From positions 32,792 to 88,082 of the forward strand of contig WTJK01000033.1 of assembly GCA_011524855.1 (NCBI GenBank): a stretch of DNA of 55,291 nt, read 5' to 3'. The notes under the pieces were generated by a model. It was not told where the DNA came from. It worked only from the letters and a program-made list of their open reading frames with translations, and did not search any database. Origin of the DNA: Methanobacteriota archaeon. Its GTDB lineage: Archaea > Thermoplasmatota > Poseidoniia > Poseidoniales > Poseidoniaceae. Below are positions 50,740-55,291 of this stretch, in pieces. The position numbers and the translations under genes were made by a program. Position 1 is the first letter of the stretch; each line of letters begins with the position of its first letter.

Positions 50740-51704
50740 ACTCGAACGGCAGACTGAAGATGCATTTCCGGCGCTCCTGCGAGCCAGCGTTTGAACAGCC
50801 CCTCGATGGCCACAGGGGCCAACAGGACCGCCCCAATGATGACGCCCAAGTACAAGAACGACGATGTCGGGACGTCCTGTGTTCCGTAGGACCCGGGTCC
50901 TCCGACCATGAGTTTGACAGCCCCCAACCAGGGGATCTCACCACCGGCGACGCCGATGATCCACCCGTCCCGGACAGCACCGACCACACCGCTCTGTCCA
51001 TGCACGCCGTTGGAACCGTTGGTAGCTGAGGCGCCTTGGTCGACCGAACATTTGTTGTTGTCCCCCAAGGTCAGCATGCCTTCGTGAGCAGGCACCCAAT
51101 CCCATACGACGAGATGGGCTTCTGCGTTGCCATGAGCGGGTCGCAAACAATCGTAATGTCCGTTGGCAAGGCCGTCAAAGATGACGGTGATGCGCTCAAC
51201 ATCCGTGGCGTTGGTTCCCGGAACCGTCCACGTGTGGATGCACGAACCCCGCTCACCGTCTTCTGCCAATCGCTCGCTGTCGTAGACGGTTTCCTCCGGG
51301 CAGGGCGTTTCGGATGACCGATCGGGTAACGACGTGGTCGCGGCCACCGCGCGTAGGATCGCACGATGGATGATGGGTGTGCCCTCTTCACCGTTCTTTT
51401 CGTAGATGATGACATCGCCCGCAAGGCCGTGTTGTTCGTATCCGTACGAGGGATGCGTGGGATCGGTTGCCTCAGCGAACGTCACGATGGTGCTGGCAGG
51501 TTGGTCATGAACGAGGATCAAATCTCCAGCGTCGATGGAGCCCACTTCACCGTCAATTTCGTGGACCATGGAACTGGATTCGACCACAACCAGCGGAGGC
51601 ATGGAACCGGTGTGGACGTACATGGCACCGACCAGACACACGATCATGCCCACGGCCAAGGCGAGTTCCAAGACCAGGGTTTTCAGCGGGTCATGGTCGC
51701 TCAT
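50724..51704 (-). CDS. Signal peptidase I, archaeal/eukaryal Sec11 type (S26B), with a large insertion and C-terminal TM
   Basis: N-terminal TM, VVVESSSMVHEI (catalytic Ser box), GDVIIYEK...PIIHRAI (His box), TLGDNNKCSVD (GDNN box). Confidence 0.75.
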   Translation of the reverse strand: MSDHDPLKTLVLELALAVGMIVCLVGAMYVHTGSMPPLVVVESSSMVHEIDGEVGSIDAGDLILVHDQPASTIVTFAEATDPTHPSYGYEQHGLAGDVIIYEKNGEEGTPIIHRAILRAVAATTSLPDRSSETPCPEETVYDSERLAEDGERGSCIHTWTVPGTNATDVERITVIFDGLANGHYDCLRPAHGNAEAHLVVWDWVPAHEGMLTLGDNNKCSVDQGASATNGSNGVHGQSGVVGAVRDGWIIGVAGGEIPWLGAVKLMVGGPGSYGTQDVPTSSFLYLGVIIGAVLLAPVAIEGLFKRWLAGAPEMHLQSAVRVHEEE

Positions 51705-51719
51705 GCAGGTCGCTCCAAC

Positions 51720-52124
51720 TCATCGTCGGAGGCCACGCTCTTCAAGGAATGCGTTCCATCGTTCAAGATGTCCGGCACCCAGAGCCTCAGCCGCCGCGGT
51801 GGCATCGGCTTTGTTCCGACGCAACTCCGCAGTGGATTGAATGGCCATGGTTTCCTCAATCGTCAGGACGTGACCCCGGAACCTCAAGAATTCAGGGAAA
51901 CTGAACAACAAGACGATGAGCGAGAGAACGGCACCCACCAGTGCGGCGCCGGTGGCATCGCCAAACGTGGCGTGATCTTGAAGAAACAACAGCTGCACAC
52001 CAAACGCCACCAACAGCACGGCACTGCCCCCGGATGCGATGGCGGTGATCATGTATTGTCGACCGTGTTGCTTGGCCCACCATCGGCCTGTCATGGAAAG
52101 TTCTCCAGCCATGCGTTTCCCCAA
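51720..52124 (-). CDS. Hypothetical small membrane protein (2 TM)
   Basis: ITAIASGGSAVLLVAFGVQLLF and ALVGAVLSLIVLLFSF. It lies 15 nt upstream of the signal peptidase on the same strand. Confidence 0.5.
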   Translation of the reverse strand: MGKRMAGELSMTGRWWAKQHGRQYMITAIASGGSAVLLVAFGVQLLFLQDHATFGDATGAALVGAVLSLIVLLFSFPEFLRFRGHVLTIEETMAIQSTAELRRNKADATAAAEALGAGHLERWNAFLEERGLRR

Positions 52125-52250
52125 AGGGCATGAGTGTTTTCATCTTCTTGAACCCTCCCACGGTCTGCGTTTGCCGACCCCCTGATGAGCGACGAAAGAG
52201 GGGTGAATTCAAATGGGATGGTGCACCTGCTGAATCCGTAGGTGAACCGA

Positions 52251-55200
52251 ATGAAGAAGGCACTCGCACTCGTTCTCATTTTCCTGTGTTCGGTGATGTC
52301 ACCCTTGGCCGGTGCAGCCACCGTCGAGACACAATTCAAGGACGGCAGCACGTCCTACACGCACACGTTCTCCGGTTCAGGGAACGGGACGGCGGGCGTC
52401 GTGTCCATTCCGTACGGAGCAGAGGTGACCGCGGCCACGTTCAACCTTCGAGGCGAGGCCAGTTCCACCTCGTGGACCAACTTCACCACCGCCGCTCAAC
52501 TGGGCGGTGTTGGCGATACCAACATCAATTCACAGTACGGTTCAGCCCCCTCCCCCTTCCTTTACCTCACCCGCAACAACCTCGAAGTTCAAGGGACTTC
52601 CCTCCAGCTGAAAGGCAACCCCACCCTGTACGGGGCGACCTTTGACAACGCCAACCAGGTGTCCACGCTCAACACGGCAACCATCAACACGACGGGCGAA
52701 TTTGTGTCCCTCGGCGACCAAGGCTACGTATCCCCCACCAAAGACTACGCTCAGTTGACGCTCGCCACCGGTGGCTCGGGTTCGTACCACGGCGTGGTCG
52801 TACCGGTCAACGACGACCAAATCCACGTCGTGAAAACGACCAGTTCCAGCTCATCGGGCACCCCCTACCTTCAGCGGTACAACGCCACCACCGGTGCCTA
52901 CCTCGGAACGGGCTCGTTCAGCACCGGGTCCTGCTCCGGGTCCAACCTTGGGTACTACATCGTGGATGCGGACGTGAACAACGGCTACATCTACACCGCT
53001 CATTACACGTATTCCGGCCGGGTGACCAAGTGGGCGTTGAGTGGCAACAACAACCAAACGTGGCAGTGTCAGAACAACTACCAATACGGCTCAAACAACT
53101 ACATCACGGGCGTTGACATTGACGACAGCACCGGGAAGATGTACATCGGCCATTACAACAGCAACACCAACTCGCATTCCATGCGGGAGGTGAACCCCAG
53201 TTCGCCGACGACCGTCAACGGGACGTGGTTCATGACCTCGACCTCGAACTACTGGGAATACGGCATGGGCCTTTCCGTGAACTTGCCGACGGTGATGTAC
53301 AACATTTACGCCGCCAATTCCAACGGCGGTTGGCGCAGCACCCACCACCATTTCAGCATGCAAAACGGCTTGCTGACCAGCCAAGGTTCCCTGCTGATGC
53401 CCGGAGGCGGTCATTATGGCCTTGTGGGCAACGAGGACAACCAGATCATGTATGCTTGCCATTACTCCTCAACCACCTACTGCACCCAAGGCGTGCGGAA
53501 GGTCTTCACCTACGGCGACGGGTCCCTTTTCGATGCACGCACCCCCACCTCCACCTCTTCCATGGTGGTCGGTGCAACCTCAACGCTCACCAAGTCGGTT
53601 GACTTCGTTGATTTCAATGCCATCATCGGCGCCATGCCCACCGGGACGAGCATCAACGTCGATGTCTCCAACGACGGCGGACTGACGTGGCGTGCGGGTT
53701 CGCCGGGACAGCGAATCAACTTCCCCAGCACCGGCAACAGTTTGGTTTGGCGGGCCACCCTCAACGGGACGTCTTCTGCCACCCCCGTTCTTGGCGATGT
53801 GATGTTGTCCTACGTGACATCGTACACGAGCAGCGGTTACTACAACGCCTACGCCTACAGCGGCGGGGGCTCACCGGTGGCCATCACCGCCGACTGGGAC
53901 GAAGATCGCCCAGCAGGCACCACCGTCCGGGTCATGGTTGGCTACTCCACTTCCACATCGTGTTCCAACGGGGCCAGCGGCGTCAAGACCTTCCTGTCGC
54001 CCAACACCACCCAGACCATCAACCCCAGCAACACGCGCCCGTGCATTCGTATCGACCTCTCCACCTCCAACACCGGTGTGACCCCAACCGTCTCGAACCT
54101 CAGCATTGCCTTCCATTCCAATGCGCCCAGCGAACCCGGGATCAACATCGACAAGCAACCCGCCTACCGGAGGTCGGCACAGGAGGGGGCTTTGGTCGGT
54201 CCGTTGTCCGTCCGTTCAACGCAGACCGGGAACACGTTGGTCGACAAATTGAACCTGGCCATTCCCGACACGGGTGCAGGCATCAAGGACGTGCAAATCG
54301 ATCTCGTTGCAGCAAGTTCCGGCATCCTGATCCTCGAATCGTTCTCCATCACCTACACGATGCAAACGGTTAACCTTGATTTGACCATCCCTGAAGGTGA
54401 AATCTTGCACGAGCGCGTGCTCCCCTACGAGGTCGTGAGCCGTCACGTCATCGGTGAATCGGCCACCACCATCGCCAGCGCTGAATTGACTTTGATGACC
54501 AACTCGCTGGCCAACAACCCCATCCTGTCGTGGCAGTACGGCGACGTGTTCCCCGACCCCAACGATCCCGGCCAATACATCGAGATGGACCCGTCTTCCT
54601 ATTCGACCGAGAACAACGGTATCCTCACCATTTACTGGCGGTTCTTTGTCACCAGTGAATTCCCCGACCAAGACAACGTCCGCTTCAAGGTGGGTTGCCT
54701 CGACGACAGCGGCTCGGCAGGCTTTGCACCGCTGCCGCTGACCTCCTCCGAAGGCCTCGAAGTCAACCGCTCCTTTGGGCTTGGTTGGCTGAACGTTCGT
54801 GACTTTGACGGTGAACTCACTTCGGACGACGTGCCCAACGGTGCGTGGGTGGCTGCGGGTGAGCAGATTCACTTCACCGGTGCCATGTGGTTCCTGAACA
54901 CGGACGATGCACCCAAAGACAGCGCGTTCGACGTCCGCGTGTCAAGAAACGGCTACGTGGAGAGCACCGCACGCGATGTGACCAACAACAACGGTTCGTT
55001 CTTCATCACCGTTGACCTGCCCAACATCAACGTCCCCGACGGCTTGAACTACGAAGTGCAGACTTACAACGAACGCAACCCCGAACACGTTCAACAGCCC
55101 AACACCGAGTGGCGCCGAACCTACAAGGTCGACGCCACCGCTCCGGAGCGGATGGCTGTGCATCCAATCGACGATGCTTACGAAGCCGCTTCCATCGAAC

Positions 55201-55291
55201 AGCCCGTCCAAATCCTCATCCAGGACGATGTGGGCCACCCCATGGAATTGGAGCTCAACTATTGGGTTGAAGCCGACCACGATACGAACCG
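52251..55291 (+). CDS. Very large secreted protein, C-terminus cut by the window edge (over 1013 aa in the window): signal peptide, Asn/Thr/Ser-rich, one Asp-box
   Basis: Missing from the ORF track because it is open to the right edge. GGTGA precedes ATG 52251. Hand translation MKKALALVLIFLCSVMSPLAGAATVETQF... continues without stops to 55291. Contains SNDGGLTW (BNR/Asp-box) and many N-x-S/T sequons. Track ORFs 52130..52645, 53225..53602 and 53687..54373 are off-frame shadows. Confidence 0.85.
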   Translation, partial: MKKALALVLIFLCSVMSPLAGAATVETQFKDGSTSYTHTFSGSGNGTAGVVSIPYGAEVTAATFNLRGEASSTSWTNFTTAAQLGGVGDTNINSQYGSAPSPFLYLTRNNLEVQGTSLQLKGNPTLYGATFDNANQVSTLNTATINTTGEFVSLGDQGYVSPTKDYAQLTLATGGSGSYHGVVVPVNDDQIHVVKTTSSSSSGTPYLQRYNATTGAYLGTGSFSTGSCSGSNLGYYIVDADVNNGYIYTAHYTYSGRVTKWALSGNNNQTWQCQNNYQYGSNNYITGVDIDDSTGKMYIGHYNSNTNSHSMREVNPSSPTTVNGTWFMTSTSNYWEYGMGLSVNLPTVMYNIYAANSNGGWRSTHHHFSMQNGLLTSQGSLLMPGGGHYGLVGNEDNQIMYACHYSSTTYCTQGVRKVFTYGDGSLFDARTPTSTSSMVVGATSTLTKSVDFVDFNAIIGAMPTGTSINVDVSNDGGLTWRAGSPGQRINFPSTGNSLVWRATLNGTSSATPVLGDVMLSYVTSYTSSGYYNAYAYSGGGSPVAITADWDEDRPAGTTVRVMVGYSTSTSCSNGASGVKTFLSPNTTQTINPSNTRPCIRIDLSTSNTGVTPTVSNLSIAFHSNAPSEPGINIDKQPAYRRSAQEGALVGPLSVRSTQTGNTLVDKLNLAIPDTGAGIKDVQIDLVAASSGILILESFSITYTMQTVNLDLTIPEGEILHERVLPYEVVSRHVIGESATTIASAELTLMTNSLANNPILSWQYGDVFPDPNDPGQYIEMDPSSYSTENNGILTIYWRFFVTSEFPDQDNVRFKVGCLDDSGSAGFAPLPLTSSEGLEVNRSFGLGWLNVRDFDGELTSDDVPNGAWVAAGEQIHFTGAMWFLNTDDAPKDSAFDVRVSRNGYVESTARDVTNNNGSFFITVDLPNINVPDGLNYEVQTYNERNPEHVQQPNTEWRRTYKVDATAPERMAVHPIDDAYEAASIEQPVQILIQDDVGHPMELELNYWVEADHDTN

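Noticed and set aside
1-55291. CRISPR arrays, rRNA genes, IS elements/transposases, inteins, reverse transcriptases
   Set aside because: I saw no regularly spaced direct repeats, no rRNA-like sequence, no DDE/HUH/TnpB-like ORFs and no intein splice motifs in PolD or other large genes. All intergenic gaps are short (about 200 nt or less) and are explained by promoters or terminators.

Overview
GC-rich, densely coding chromosomal segment. It is clearly archaeal: it carries the PolD large subunit, PriL, the S13-S4-S11-RpoD block, Hjc, XerA, MC1 chromatin protein, Sec61-beta, pantoate kinase and an MptE-like kinase. An aerobic heme-copper oxidase cluster, very large Asn/Thr/Asp-rich secreted proteins (TSP3, PA14, LamG-like modules) and bacterial/eukaryal-type acyl-lipid enzymes suggest a planktonic Thermoplasmatota-like (Marine Group II/III-like) lineage; that placement is inference only. 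I call 48 CDS, one tRNA-Ser(UGA), one intragenic tandem-repeat region and a few promoter/terminator-like sites. Two CDS run off the window edges and are therefore missing from the ORF track: 1..2582 (-) and 52251..55291 (+). I saw no CRISPR array, rRNA, transposase, prophage or recognisable defence island. Most long ORF-track entries that overlap the calls are antisense or shadow frames typical of high-GC DNA. The most unusual content is the terminal-oxidase cluster (24152..30868), where each extracytoplasmic component carries an extra, uncharacterised module. These are a reeler/DOMON-like domain with a GCSCHG motif fused to CoxI, a His/Asp-rich loop in an extended CoxIII, a ~105-aa insert in the CoxII cupredoxin domain, and a SCO1 chaperone split by ~280 aa. 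Other items worth follow-up: (a) a GPAT-like acyltransferase and a DAG-kinase-fold lipid kinase in an archaeal context; (b) a CDIN1/C15orf41-like TPD nuclease; (c) an Hjc paired divergently with an RNase-H-fold protein; (d) an HhH plus histone-H1-like Lys/Ala-rich protein near MC1 and XerA; (e) a 1774-aa surface protein with apparently nested domain insertions. All functional calls come from reading motifs by eye; no database search was possible.
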